Assembly: GCA_965223325.1 (NCBI GenBank)
Contig: CBDCWI010000001.1
Coordinates: 1,184,001-1,248,000, forward strand
Direction: 5' to 3'
DNA: 64,000 nt
DNA from: Candidatus Multivoradales bacterium
GTDB lineage: Bacteria > Acidobacteriota > Thermoanaerobaculia > Multivoradales > Multivoraceae
Positions within the stretch are counted from its first letter, which is position 1; the number at the start of each line of letters is the position of its first letter. Made by a program: the position numbers and the translations under genes. The notes beneath the pieces are model-generated. The model was given only the letters and a program-made list of their open reading frames with translations. It had not been told where the DNA came from and did no database searches. This document shows positions 1 through 10,181 of the stretch, piece after piece.

Positions 1-544
1 CGGGGAACAGGCTCGACCCCGACTGGTTGCTCCAGTCCTGGGTGTAGCCGATGGCGGTGCCAATGGGCTGGCCATCCTCGTCGCGTACCCGCAACCGCAC
101 CCGACGCGCCGGCACCGCGATCAACGGGGGAAGGCCGCGATTCTCGAGCACCGGAACGATTGCAGGCGAAACGAAGTACCCGGGCGCCTTCACCTCGAGA
201 AGGTAGATCCCGGGCGACTCGAACCTCATTCGATAGCGACCACGATCGTCGGTTCGCACGGAGGCTGTGGGTTGCCATAAAGGTACTTCCTCGCCCGCTG
301 TGCGGGCCGCGAGGTGTTCGGCCTGGCGATCAACCGCATCGATCCCGGCGAGTGCGAAGGCCTTTACCGTGGCGTTGGCGACCGGGGTGCCAAACCGAGC
401 CTCGACCGCGCCGTCGAGCGTGACGCCCTGGTCCGTCGGCGGGACAACTGCCGGCCGGGCGAGGAAGCCGACCCAGAGAGCGCCCGCTGGGGTGAGCGCC
501 GCCAGCAAGGCGACTCGAATCAGGGTTTTCGGCAACCAACCCAT
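1..544 (-). CDS. Exported protein with carboxypeptidase-regulatory-like (CarboxypepD_reg) domain; partial, runs off left edge
   Basis: Not in the ORF track (no stop in window). Manual minus-strand translation from ATG 544 gives MGWLPKTLIRVALLAALTPAG...GTPVANATVKA...VRTDDRGRYRMRFESPGIYLLEVKAPGY, matching the P(V)xxAxV..TDxxGxY..PGxYxLxVxAPGY pattern. GGAGG lies just upstream. Confidence 0.7.
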   Translation of the reverse strand, partial: MGWLPKTLIRVALLAALTPAGALWVGFLARPAVVPPTDQGVTLDGAVEARFGTPVANATVKAFALAGIDAVDRQAEHLAARTAGEEVPLWQPTASVRTDDRGRYRMRFESPGIYLLEVKAPGYFVSPAIVPVLENRGLPPLIAVPARRVRLRVRDEDGQPIGTAIGYTQDWSNQSGSSLFP

Positions 545-746
545 GCGCGACCTCCGAGGGCGATCTTACCCCCGACTCCGAAAGGCGCCGCGTCTAGAGG
601 ACGATGAGCGTCCCGCTGCCGAACCTGTCGGCGTCACCGAGTCTGTCGCTAGACTGTCACCAGTTCCACCAAAGAAAATCACTGCTGTCGACCTGTCGCG
701 GACAAACCCGCTGGAAGCGCTCGGAGTCGACCCGGAGGACCCACCG

Positions 747-1310
747 ATGAAGCGCATCGTTTTCTCCGCGCTGCTTGCCTCGATCGTGCTCTTTCTCTGG
801 GGCTTCATCTACTGGAGCGTGCTCCCGACCCGCGACGTCTTCAGAGCGTGGAAGGACTCCAACGCGGTCGCCGAGACGCTCCTTGAGGAGGTTCCAGCAG
901 CCGGGGTCTACGCACTGCCCGATCCGCACTTGATGACCAACGACCTGGACGCCTACAGCAGCGCCCATGAACGCGGACCGGTCGCCATGATCTTCGTCCA
1001 CCCCCAGGGTCGTCCCGCGATGCCACCAACGGTCTTCTTCTTCGGCTGGCTGCAGATGTTCATCGCCTGCCTGGGGCTCGCCTGGCTGCTCGATCGCGCG
1101 GTTGCCAGCCTGCACTCCTTCGGCGCACGTTGGGTCTTCGTCTGCGTGGCGGTTGAGGCCGCGATTTTCCTGATCGCGGTGGGTACGCCGATCTGGTGGA
1201 ACCATCCGTGGGGTTTCCACCTGGTCAACATCGGCTTCTACGCGATCGGCGGAGTGTTGGTTGCGGCGGTACTCGCCAAGATGATTCCAGGGCCACAGGG
1301 CGCCGTCTAG
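747..1310 (+). CDS. Hypothetical integral membrane protein (about 4 TM helices)
   Basis: 3' part of ORF 267..1310. GGAGG at 734-738 precedes ATG 747 (MKRIVFSALLASIVLFLWGFIYW). Several hydrophobic segments. Confidence 0.75.
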   Translation: MKRIVFSALLASIVLFLWGFIYWSVLPTRDVFRAWKDSNAVAETLLEEVPAAGVYALPDPHLMTNDLDAYSSAHERGPVAMIFVHPQGRPAMPPTVFFFGWLQMFIACLGLAWLLDRAVASLHSFGARWVFVCVAVEAAIFLIAVGTPIWWNHPWGFHLVNIGFYAIGGVLVAAVLAKMIPGPQGAV

Positions 1311-1367
1311 CATCTCGAGGTCTCGTATGATGGCGACCTCCGGTGCCGTCGCACCGCCGGCCGCTCC

Positions 1368-1856
1368 ATGTCGAACCGGGTAATCAACACCTCCGTCAAC
1401 GGAGAGACCCACGCCGCCGAGGTCGAACCTCGCCGACTGCTCAGCGATTTCCTGCGTCACGATCTCGGGTTGACCGGCACCCACGTCGGCTGCGAGCACG
1501 GCGTCTGCGGTGCCTGCACCGTCCTCTTCGACGGTGAGCCGGTGCGCTCGTGTTTGATGTTTGCCGTCCAGGCTGATGGTCACCAGGTGCGAACCGTCGA
1601 GGATCTCGCGCCACCTGGCCGAGGTCAGCTCAGCCCGCTCCAGGCGGCCTTCAAGGAGGCGCACGCTCTCCAGTGCGGCTTTTGTACGCCTGGAATCCTG
1701 ATGACTCTGGTTCCGTTCCTCCGCGAGAACCCGGCGCCGACCGAGGAAGAGATCCGGGACGCCATTTCAGGCAACCTCTGCCGGTGCACCGGCTACCAGA
1801 ACATCGTCGAGGCGGTGAAGATCGCAGCCACGAACCACGACGACGGCGGGGGCTAG
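1368..1856 (+). CDS. coxS: (2Fe-2S)-binding small subunit, CoxS/CutS family molybdenum hydroxylase
   Basis: GCEHGVCGACTV and QCGFCTPG...NLCRCTGY iron-sulfur motifs. Confidence 0.93.
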   Translation: MSNRVINTSVNGETHAAEVEPRRLLSDFLRHDLGLTGTHVGCEHGVCGACTVLFDGEPVRSCLMFAVQADGHQVRTVEDLAPPGRGQLSPLQAAFKEAHALQCGFCTPGILMTLVPFLRENPAPTEEEIRDAISGNLCRCTGYQNIVEAVKIAATNHDDGGG

Positions 1857-1857
1857 A

Positions 1858-4194
1858 GTGTCGACCCGGCAATTCGGCGAACCGCTCCGCCGTCGTGAGG
1901 ACGATCGACTGCTTACCGGTCGCGCGCTGTTCGTCGACGATGTCCACCTGCCACGCACGCTGCACGTTGCCTTCGTGCGCAGCACCTTTGCCCACGGCAC
2001 GATCGTTTCGACCGACACGAGCGAAGCGCTCAAGAGGCCGGGCGTGGTGGCGGTCTTGACCGCCGAAGATCTTGGCGACTACTGGCAGGCGGGACCGCTT
2101 CTGGTTCCACCACCCCCGATTCCAGGCATCGGGTTCCACGCCCGCACCCAGGTGCCCCTGGCAAAGGGCAAAGTGCGTCACGTCGGTGAGCCCATCGCGG
2201 TCGTGGTGGCGGAAAGCCGTTATCTCGCCGAAGACGCACGCGACGACGTGTTCGTCGAGATCGATCCCCTACCGGCGGTCGTTGACATGGAGGCTGCCCT
2301 CGCCGACCGGTCTGTGCGGGTTCATGATGACCTGGAGTCGAACCTCGCGGCGCACGCCCGCCAGGAGAAGGGCAACTGGGAAACGGCCAGAAGCGCCGCG
2401 GATGTGGTGCTCGAGAGGCGGCTGGTCTACGACCACGGCACCGCGGCGGCGATGGAGAACCGCGGCATTCTCGCGCAATGGAACGCGCGCGAAGAACGGT
2501 TGACGGTCTGGGACACGACGCAGGCACCCATTCCTCTACGCGGCGGACTGGCTGGTCGGCTCGGTCTCGCGGAGTCGCAGGTGCGGGTGATCGCGCCCTT
2601 CATCGGTGGTGGGTTCGGGCCCAAGATCATGATGTTCTATCCCGACGAAGTGCTGGTGCCGTGGCTGGCGATGCGTTTGGAGCGCCCGGTCAAGTGGATC
2701 GAGGACCGCGAAGAGAACTTCTTCTCCACCACCCAAGAGCGTTCGCAGATTCATGACGCGGAGATCGCTTTGACTCGTGAGGGACGGGTGCTCGGCGTCC
2801 GCGATACGTTTCTTCACGACACCGGTGCCTACGACCCGTACGGCCTGACGGTTCCAATCAACAGTCAGTGCACGTTGCTCGGTTGCTACGACATTCCGAA
2901 CTACGCCAGCGAGTTCAAGGCGGTGTTCACCAACAAGCCGCTCGTAACTCCTTTTCGAGGAGCCGGCCGCCAGCACGGAGTCTTCGTGATGGAGCGGTTG
3001 CTCGACGCCGCGGCGCGCGAACTCAACATCGACCCCGCCGAGATCCGCCGCCGCAATCTGATCGACAAAGACGACTTTCCCCACCACCACGGTCTCATCT
3101 ACCAGGACTTCACCGAACTCACCTACGACAGCGGCAACTACGAGGCGTGCCTCGACAAGGCCCTGGCGGCGATCGACTACCAGGGTTTCAAAGAGAACGA
3201 GCAGCCGCGCCTTCGCGCGCTCGGCCGAAAGGTCGGAATCGCCGTCGTTACCTACGTCGAAGGTACCGGAATCGGCCCCTACGAAGGGGCCCGGGTCACC
3301 GTCGAACAGAGCGGCAACGTTTCAGTGGCGACGGGAATCGGAACCCAGGGCCAGGGTCACTTCACCTCCTTCGCCCAGGTGGTCGCCGAACAACTCGGGG
3401 TTGGAATCGACAAGGTGCACGTGACCACCGGCGACACCGAGGTCTTCCACTGGGGTACGGGCACGTTTGCCAGTCGCGGCGCGGTGGTTGCAGGCACCGC
3501 CTGCTTTAACGCCGCGACCTCGGTACGCACCAAGGTGCTCGATCTCGCCAGTGAATTGCTCGAAGCCCCACGCGAGGACCTCGTCCTGGAAGACGGTCGC
3601 GTCATGGTGCGCGGAACTCCCGACCGTGCCCTCGGGCTCGGCGAGCTGGCCGCCGCCGCCAACCCGTTGCGTGGCGCGGTACGACACGGGACCGAACCCG
3701 GCCTCGAAGCGACGTCGTACTTCGCACCCGAGGGCGGCACCACCGCTAACGGCGTCCACGCCATGATCCTCGAAGTCGACCCTGAAACCTACGACACGAG
3801 CATCCTGCGCTATGTCGTCGTGCACGACTGCGGCACGGTGATCAACCCGCTCATCCTCGAAGGGCAGATGGTCGGCGGAGTGGCGCAGGGAATCGGCAAT
3901 GCCTTCTACGAGAAGCTCGCCTTCGACGATCTTGGGCAGCTGCTCAACGCCTCGTTCATGGACTACCTGATCCCGACCTCGACCGACGTGCCAACGGTCG
4001 AGTGCGAGCACCTGGTCACGCCGTCGCCGCTCAACCCCCTGGGCATCAAGGGGGCCGGGGAGGCTGGTGCGATTCCCGTCGGGCCGCTGTTTGCCGCCGC
4101 GATCGAAGACGCGCTCGGCCCAGGAGCTCCCGAGATCCTCGAGATTCCTCTTTCGCCGAACCGCCTTTTCGAGCTCGTCGGAGGCAAAAGTTGA
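1858..4194 (+). CDS. coxL: Xanthine dehydrogenase-family molybdopterin-binding large subunit (CoxL form II-like, not a bona fide CO dehydrogenase)
   Basis: RRREDDRLLTG start, IGGGFGPK, active-site loop PFRGAGR, QGQGH, GIKGAGEAG. Translationally coupled to its neighbours. Confidence 0.9.
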   Translation: MSTRQFGEPLRRREDDRLLTGRALFVDDVHLPRTLHVAFVRSTFAHGTIVSTDTSEALKRPGVVAVLTAEDLGDYWQAGPLLVPPPPIPGIGFHARTQVPLAKGKVRHVGEPIAVVVAESRYLAEDARDDVFVEIDPLPAVVDMEAALADRSVRVHDDLESNLAAHARQEKGNWETARSAADVVLERRLVYDHGTAAAMENRGILAQWNAREERLTVWDTTQAPIPLRGGLAGRLGLAESQVRVIAPFIGGGFGPKIMMFYPDEVLVPWLAMRLERPVKWIEDREENFFSTTQERSQIHDAEIALTREGRVLGVRDTFLHDTGAYDPYGLTVPINSQCTLLGCYDIPNYASEFKAVFTNKPLVTPFRGAGRQHGVFVMERLLDAAARELNIDPAEIRRRNLIDKDDFPHHHGLIYQDFTELTYDSGNYEACLDKALAAIDYQGFKENEQPRLRALGRKVGIAVVTYVEGTGIGPYEGARVTVEQSGNVSVATGIGTQGQGHFTSFAQVVAEQLGVGIDKVHVTTGDTEVFHWGTGTFASRGAVVAGTACFNAATSVRTKVLDLASELLEAPREDLVLEDGRVMVRGTPDRALGLGELAAAANPLRGAVRHGTEPGLEATSYFAPEGGTTANGVHAMILEVDPETYDTSILRYVVVHDCGTVINPLILEGQMVGGVAQGIGNAFYEKLAFDDLGQLLNASFMDYLIPTSTDVPTVECEHLVTPSPLNPLGIKGAGEAGAIPVGPLFAAAIEDALGPGAPEILEIPLSPNRLFELVGGKS

Positions 4195-5063
4195 AACCGG
4201 CTGCCTTCGAGTATGAGGCTCCGCGGAGCCTCGATGAGGCCCTGGCTCTCCTCGCTCGCCATGGAGACGAGGCCAAGGTCCTCGCTGGCGGCCAGAGCCT
4301 GATCGCGACGATGAACTTTCGTCTGGCTCAGCCGGCGATGCTGGTCGACATCAACGGGATCACAGAACTCTCCTACATTCGCGAAGCTTCTGGCGGCCTC
4401 GAGATCGGAGCTCTCACCCGTCAGGCCACCGTCGAGAAGAGTGAGCTGGTCGCGAGCCGTTGCGCGCTGCTCGCCGAAGCGATGCCACACGTCGCCCACT
4501 CGCAGATTCGCAACCGCGGGACCTTCGGCGGCAGTCTGGCGCACGCCGACTCGGCCTCGGAACTGCCGGCAGTAGCACTGGCACTCGAAGCGGAGATGGT
4601 GATCTGCTCCGAGAGCGGCGAACGCACCGTCCCAGCTGAAGAGTTCTTCGTCGGCCTCTTCGAAACGGCGCTCGAACCCGAGGAGCTACTCGTTGAAGTG
4701 CGCTTGCCGGACCTGCCGCAACACACCGGCACAGCGTTTCTCGAGTTGTCGCGGCGGCGCGGCGACTTCGCCCTGGTAGGCGTCGCCGTGGTGCTCGAGG
4801 CGACGCCCGACGGAACCGTCGCCCGCTCCAGGATCGTGCTGCACAGCGTTGGCGAAACGCCCGTTCTCGCCCAGGCCGCGATGACGGCGCTTCGGGGCAA
4901 AGTACCCGACGAAACGAACTGCAGAAACGCCGCCGAGGCCGCCGCAGACAACGACATCGACCCGCTGGGTGATCTTCACGCTTCGGCAGAGTATCGTCGT
5001 CACCTCACTTCAGTGCTCACCCGTCGCGCCCTCCTGGCCGCGGCATCCAGGATTCAGAACTGA
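4191..5063 (+). CDS. coxM: FAD-binding medium subunit, CoxM/CutM family
   Basis: TTG start overlapping the upstream stop (MKPAAFEYEAP). Motifs LAGGQSL, QIRNRGTFGGS, ASAEYR. Confidence 0.9.
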   Translation: MKPAAFEYEAPRSLDEALALLARHGDEAKVLAGGQSLIATMNFRLAQPAMLVDINGITELSYIREASGGLEIGALTRQATVEKSELVASRCALLAEAMPHVAHSQIRNRGTFGGSLAHADSASELPAVALALEAEMVICSESGERTVPAEEFFVGLFETALEPEELLVEVRLPDLPQHTGTAFLELSRRRGDFALVGVAVVLEATPDGTVARSRIVLHSVGETPVLAQAAMTALRGKVPDETNCRNAAEAAADNDIDPLGDLHASAEYRRHLTSVLTRRALLAAASRIQN

Positions 5064-5083
5064 CCAAAAGACAAGGCCCTTTC

Positions 5084-5875
5084 ATGCGCACGATCGATCT
5101 CTCCCAACCGCTCAACCAGGACGCCCCGTTCTGGCCCTACTACCCCCCCTTCGAGGTCAAGTACATCAAGCGCAAGGCCGAACATGGCGTCAACGCGCAA
5201 TATATCCAGACCTCGAACCACATGGGCACCCACCTCGATGCGCCGCGGCACTTCGTCACCGGCGGCATGACAATCGACCAGATCCCGATGGAGTGGTTGT
5301 GTAGCCCGGGAGTGATCGTCGACCTTTCCGATGAGATGGACGACCTGGCCGCGTACACCCCGGAGATGATCGAGAAGCGAGTCGACATCCAGGACGGCGA
5401 CATGCTGCTCCTGCACACCGGCTGGCATCGATTTGCGCAGTTCGGCGAAACGCCCGATGAGGAGCGCTACATTCATCTTCATCCCGGCGCACATCCGTCG
5501 ATGGTGGAATGGCTGCTCGAGAAGAAGATCCACATCTGGGGAGTCGACTGCATCTCAACCGACCACCCAATGAACTTGCCGATCGGTCGCTTTCTGGGTA
5601 AGGGCATGCACGGCCACTGTGATCGGGTGCGTGCCTTGTGCGAGGAGAAGTTCGGTCAAGCGGGAATGGAGGAACTGTTCCCCGACAGCGCCTACCAGCT
5701 CACCCACAACGCCCTCTTCCCCCATGACTGCATGCACATCGAGAACCTCGGCGGCGACATCGACCTGCCCGAGATCCACAACAAGCGCATGCAGCTCGGG
5801 TGCTTCCCCTGGAAGTTCAAGGGCGGCGAGGCGGCCTTCTGCCGCACCGTGGCTTTCCCGGACGCGCCGGTCTAG
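5084..5875 (+). CDS. Cyclase family metal-dependent amidohydrolase (kynurenine formamidase/isatin hydrolase-like)
   Basis: IDLSQP, HMGTHLDAP (HxGTHxDxP), GVDCISTD, IENL motifs. Confidence 0.88.
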   Translation: MRTIDLSQPLNQDAPFWPYYPPFEVKYIKRKAEHGVNAQYIQTSNHMGTHLDAPRHFVTGGMTIDQIPMEWLCSPGVIVDLSDEMDDLAAYTPEMIEKRVDIQDGDMLLLHTGWHRFAQFGETPDEERYIHLHPGAHPSMVEWLLEKKIHIWGVDCISTDHPMNLPIGRFLGKGMHGHCDRVRALCEEKFGQAGMEELFPDSAYQLTHNALFPHDCMHIENLGGDIDLPEIHNKRMQLGCFPWKFKGGEAAFCRTVAFPDAPV

Positions 5876-5881
5876 TACCCC

Positions 5882-7312
5882 GTGTCGGCTTCCGGCGGTC
5901 AGTCTCCTGGCGATCAGCTGGCGGATTCGTCGGCCTGCGGGTTGGTCGACCGCGTGCAGGCGGGTGAGCTCTCAGCCCTGGAGGTCCTCGAGGCCTGTCT
6001 GGAGCGCATCACAGCTCACAACGAAGCGGTCAACGCGATCGTCACGCTCGACCCATCGGCCGAAGAGCAGGCCGCGTCGGTCGACCGTCGTCTGGCGGCG
6101 GGAGAGGAACTGCCGCTGGCTGGCCTGCCGGTCGGAATCAAGGATGTAACGCCGGTCGGCGGCCTTCGTTTGACGTACGGCTCACCGCTCTACCGAGACC
6201 ACGTCGCTGGCGAAGACGCCCTGGTTGTCTCACGCCTGCGAAGAGCCGGCGCAGTCATCGTCGGCAAGACCAATACGCCTGAGTTCGCCACTGGCGGCAA
6301 CACGTTCAACGAGGTGTTCGGCCGCACCGCCAACCCGTGGAACCTCGAGAAGTCGGCTGGCGGTTCAACGGGTGGTGGCGCCGCTGCCCTCGCCACCGGC
6401 ATGATCGCGCTCGCCGAGGGCACCGATCTCGGCGGCTCGCTACGCATCCCGGCATCGTTTTGTGGCATCACCGGCCTCAGACCGTCACCCGGGCTCATTC
6501 CCACCTGGCCCTCCGATGACCTGTGGGACAACCTTCAGGTCACTGGCACCATGGCACGCCGAGCCAAAGACATTGCCCTGTCGCTCGACGCGCTCGCCGG
6601 GCCAAGCCGGCGGGTGCCTCTGGCGCAACCCACTCGCGGCCGCCAGTTTCGCGCGACCGTAGAAGGCGGGCTCGAGCCGGGGACCCGGGTCGCCTATTGC
6701 CCTGACATCTCAGGAATTGGTGTGGACACGGACATAGAAGCCGTCTGCCGCCAGGCGGTTTTCGCGCTGCAGGATCGAGGAGCAGTCGTCGAGGAGACCA
6801 GTTTCGATCTCACCGAAGGATGGCAGGCCTTCCTGGCGCTGCGCGCGCTCTGGATGCTCAACCAGCATGCGGGCCGTCTAGAAGATCTCGCGTCACTCGG
6901 CGACAACGTTCGCGGCAACATCGAAGCCGGCCTCGCACTCGATCCCAAGAAACTCGGCCACGCCGCCCAGACCCGCAGTCACATCCATGCACGCTTCCGG
7001 GAGTTCTTCACCCGATTCGACTTCCTGGCGACTCCCAGCATGTGCGTCTCCCCGTTTCCGGTCACCGAGAACTACCCCCAGACCGTCGCCGGGCGCGAGA
7101 TGAAGACCTACGTCGATTGGATCGCGCCTACCTTCACTCTCAGCCTCACCAGCCTGCCGGTGGCGTCTGTCCCTTGCGGCCTCGATCCCCACCGCATGCC
7201 CGCTGGGCTGCAGCTCGTCGGGCCGATGGACGGCGAAGAGAAGGTACTGGCCCTCGCCGCCACCCTCGAAGAGCTGGCCCCGATCGGCAAGCCACCTCTC
7301 CTTGTGAGCTGA
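5882..7312 (+). CDS. Amidase-signature family amidase
   Basis: GLPVGIKD, GKTNTPEF, GGSTGG, GTDLGGSLRIPASFCG (Ser-cisSer-Lys triad signature). Confidence 0.92.
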   Translation: MSASGGQSPGDQLADSSACGLVDRVQAGELSALEVLEACLERITAHNEAVNAIVTLDPSAEEQAASVDRRLAAGEELPLAGLPVGIKDVTPVGGLRLTYGSPLYRDHVAGEDALVVSRLRRAGAVIVGKTNTPEFATGGNTFNEVFGRTANPWNLEKSAGGSTGGGAAALATGMIALAEGTDLGGSLRIPASFCGITGLRPSPGLIPTWPSDDLWDNLQVTGTMARRAKDIALSLDALAGPSRRVPLAQPTRGRQFRATVEGGLEPGTRVAYCPDISGIGVDTDIEAVCRQAVFALQDRGAVVEETSFDLTEGWQAFLALRALWMLNQHAGRLEDLASLGDNVRGNIEAGLALDPKKLGHAAQTRSHIHARFREFFTRFDFLATPSMCVSPFPVTENYPQTVAGREMKTYVDWIAPTFTLSLTSLPVASVPCGLDPHRMPAGLQLVGPMDGEEKVLALAATLEELAPIGKPPLLVS

Positions 7313-7317
7313 ATCGG

Positions 7318-8658
7318 CTAGGCCGGTTCGGCCGGCTCGATCGAACGGCCGATGGCCAGATTGAGACCGACTCCAGCAAGCACCGCGAGCACCACGGGAT
7401 TGGTCACGATGAGTGCGACTGCCGTGGGCAAGGCGTCAAGCCACTCCCTCCCGAGACCGTTCTGCATGTAGCCGGGGACTGCCAGCGCAAGGACGAGCGT
7501 CAGGCCCACGACGAACTCATGGTTGCGACCGCGCCCGCTCTCGATCCCGGCGCTGATCAACCGTAGCCCAGAGACGACGATCATGCCGCACACCAGAACA
7601 AAAACTCCTCCCAGAACGGGCCGCGGCAGGGCGACCAGGAGCGCTCCGAACTTCGGGCACAGGCCGTAGAGAATCAAGATCAAGGCGGCGACCTGGACGA
7701 CGAAGCGACTGGCGATGCGAGTGGTGCCGATAATGCCAATGTTCTGCGTGTAGCTGGTGCACGGCATGCCGCCGAGTACTGCCGAGATGACGCAGCCGAT
7801 GCCTTCGGCGAAGATCCCGCGATTCATGTGCCGGTCCTCGAACTCGACCCGGGCGACCTCGCAGGTCGCCGCGTAGTCGCCGATCGACTCGACCGCCGAA
7901 CCCAGATAGCCGATCAAGATCACCGAGGTCGCGGCAAGCGAAACCGCCCACCCGTCGATGGGCCCGCCGAACGGAAACAGCCTTGGTAGGGCAAACCAGG
8001 GCCGCGACGCGACCAACTGCCAGTCGACGAGGCCGAGCGCACTGCCGATTCCCAGGCCAACGAGCCAGATCGACACAAAGATCGACGCCTGCGCAACGAG
8101 CCCGTTCGCGACAGTTCGCAAAACGGTGTGGCAAAAGAGCACCAGGGCGATCACCGCACCGGCAAGGGCGAGGTTGACCGCTTGGCCATCGCCAATCGAA
8201 AGGCGCACCGCCAGGCTCCCCAGGCTGAGGCCAATGACAACCACCACGATCCCGGTCACGGTCGGTGGCAGAAAGCGTCGCAAGAGTCCGGGCAGCCTCG
8301 CTGCGCCGGCGGCCGCCTCGAGCATGCCGCCCACCACGATGCCGCCCCACATCGCCGGCGCACCGACCTGGGCGGCGACCGGCGCCAGGGTACCGATCAG
8401 AGTCGCCGAAGGACCCTGCACGATGGGCAGGCGATTGCCGAAGGTTGTCTGAGCTAAGGTCGCCACCCCCATCGCAACCAGGCCAAAGTTGATCAGGTTG
8501 GCCGACTCGGCATCAGTAAAGCCTGTTGCTGCTGCCACCGCCAGGGGCAGAACGAAGGGCGAGATGTCGACCAGGGTGTGCTGCCACCCAAAGAGAATCG
8601 ACTGCCACCAGGCACGCGGGCGATCCTCGACTCCGAGGACCAGAGGCCTAGGAGACAC
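7318..8658 (-). CDS. NCS2 family (xanthine/uracil) permease
   Basis: WQH in TM1, RLPIVQGPS, ESIGD, NAT motif SYTQNIGIIGTTRIASR. Many TM helices. Confidence 0.9.
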   Translation of the reverse strand: MSPRPLVLGVEDRPRAWWQSILFGWQHTLVDISPFVLPLAVAAATGFTDAESANLINFGLVAMGVATLAQTTFGNRLPIVQGPSATLIGTLAPVAAQVGAPAMWGGIVVGGMLEAAAGAARLPGLLRRFLPPTVTGIVVVVIGLSLGSLAVRLSIGDGQAVNLALAGAVIALVLFCHTVLRTVANGLVAQASIFVSIWLVGLGIGSALGLVDWQLVASRPWFALPRLFPFGGPIDGWAVSLAATSVILIGYLGSAVESIGDYAATCEVARVEFEDRHMNRGIFAEGIGCVISAVLGGMPCTSYTQNIGIIGTTRIASRFVVQVAALILILYGLCPKFGALLVALPRPVLGGVFVLVCGMIVVSGLRLISAGIESGRGRNHEFVVGLTLVLALAVPGYMQNGLGREWLDALPTAVALIVTNPVVLAVLAGVGLNLAIGRSIEPAEPA

Positions 8659-10117
8659 GCGCCCGGCTCCCGCGCATCATCAACAGGTATGTCGCGCCGG
8701 CGAGAACGAAGCCAACAAACCACGAGTAGACGTAGAGCGAATCGAAAAGGGCTGGAACATCAGAAACCCAACCCGCCGCAGCCAGGAAACCCGGCACGTT
8801 GGGCGCCACCCCGATGACCAGCGCAATGAGGGCCGCAAGGTTGTAGCCGTTCTGGTAGCCGTAGAGCCCGTCGTGACGGTAGAGCGCCTCGACGTCGAGC
8901 GTGGTGCGGCGCAGGAGATAGTAGTCGGCCAGCACGATGCCGCCGATCGGACCGAGTAGAGCCGAATACCCGACGAGCCAGGTGAAGATGTAGCCCTGGC
9001 TCGACTCGATGAGCTTCCAGGGAAGAATGACCGCACCCAGAAGAGCGGCCACCAGGCCACCAGCGCGAAACGAGAAACGCCGTGGGTCGAGGTTGACCAG
9101 TGCGTTCGCCGGCGAGACGACGTTGGCGGCCAGGTTGGTCGATAGCGTGGCCAGAGTCAGTGCGACCAGCGACAAGAAGACCGCCACCCCACCGTCGAGA
9201 CGACCGAGGAGTACCGTCGGGTCGGGAATCGGCTCGCCGAAGATCACCACCGTTGCCGCGGTCACCGCCACTCCGATGAACGAGAAGAGCATCATGAACA
9301 CTGGCAGGCCAATCGCCTGCCCGAGGACCTGCGCTCGCTGGCCGGTGGCGTAGCGGGTGAAGTCTGGAATGTTGAGCGACAGCGTCGCCCAGAACCCGAC
9401 CATGCCGGTCAAGCCAGGCAGAAACACACCCAGGAACTGCCCTTCCCTGGCACCGCCCGGGCCGAACTGCGACGGTACTGAGAGCATCGCTCCAAAGCCG
9501 TCGGCGCGCGAGTAGGCCCAGGCCAGAAGACCGAGGCCCATCACGATGAGGAGCGGCGCCGCCCAGCTCTCGAGAACCTTGATCGACTCCATTCCGCGCC
9601 ACACGATCACCACCTGCAGCAGCCAGAAGGCGAGAAAACAAGCCAGCTCCGCTAGATTGATTCCCAGAACCGGCAGGTCAGGACCACCGAGGGGTAAGGC
9701 CGAACTCCCGCCACCGAAGAGCGCTGCGGTGAGTTGGTAGATCGCCGAACCGCCAATCCAGGTCTGGATGCCGAACCATCCGCAGGCCACCAGGCCGCGC
9801 AGGAGCGCGGCGACATTGGCACCACGGGTTCCGAAACTGGCGCGGGCCAGAACCGGAAACGGAATGCCGTAGCGCGCGCCGGCGTGACCACACAGAAGCA
9901 TCGGTACCAACACGATGAGGTTGCCCAGCCCCACGGTCAGCACCGCCTGCCACCAGTTCATGCCCAGCTCGATGAGCCCACCGGCCAGCATGTAGGTCGG
10001 AACGCAAGCGACCATCCCGATCCACAACGATGCCATGTGGCGGGTACCCCAGGTCCGCTCTTCGGGCGTCGTCGGCCGCAGGTCTTGATTGATCAGGTGC
10101 GGGTCAGCGTTCCTCAC
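8648..10117 (-). CDS. NCS1 family nucleobase:cation symporter (allantoin/uracil/hydantoin-like)
   Basis: NQDLRPT..RTW, GIPFPVLARASFG, GWFGIQTW, FWATLSLNIPDFTRY, NLAANVVSP. Confidence 0.93.
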   Translation of the reverse strand: MRNADPHLINQDLRPTTPEERTWGTRHMASLWIGMVACVPTYMLAGGLIELGMNWWQAVLTVGLGNLIVLVPMLLCGHAGARYGIPFPVLARASFGTRGANVAALLRGLVACGWFGIQTWIGGSAIYQLTAALFGGGSSALPLGGPDLPVLGINLAELACFLAFWLLQVVIVWRGMESIKVLESWAAPLLIVMGLGLLAWAYSRADGFGAMLSVPSQFGPGGAREGQFLGVFLPGLTGMVGFWATLSLNIPDFTRYATGQRAQVLGQAIGLPVFMMLFSFIGVAVTAATVVIFGEPIPDPTVLLGRLDGGVAVFLSLVALTLATLSTNLAANVVSPANALVNLDPRRFSFRAGGLVAALLGAVILPWKLIESSQGYIFTWLVGYSALLGPIGGIVLADYYLLRRTTLDVEALYRHDGLYGYQNGYNLAALIALVIGVAPNVPGFLAAAGWVSDVPALFDSLYVYSWFVGFVLAGATYLLMMRGSRARVS

Positions 10118-10181
10118 GGTTCTCCTGTACCACTGGTTCGGGGAAAGACTCGGGCGAGCCTACATGTCGGGCCCTTGGAGG

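Noticed and set aside
1858-4194. Aerobic CO dehydrogenase (form I CoxL)
   Set aside because: The active-site loop is PFRGAGR, not AYXCSFR; gene order is SLM and there are no coxDEFG accessory genes.
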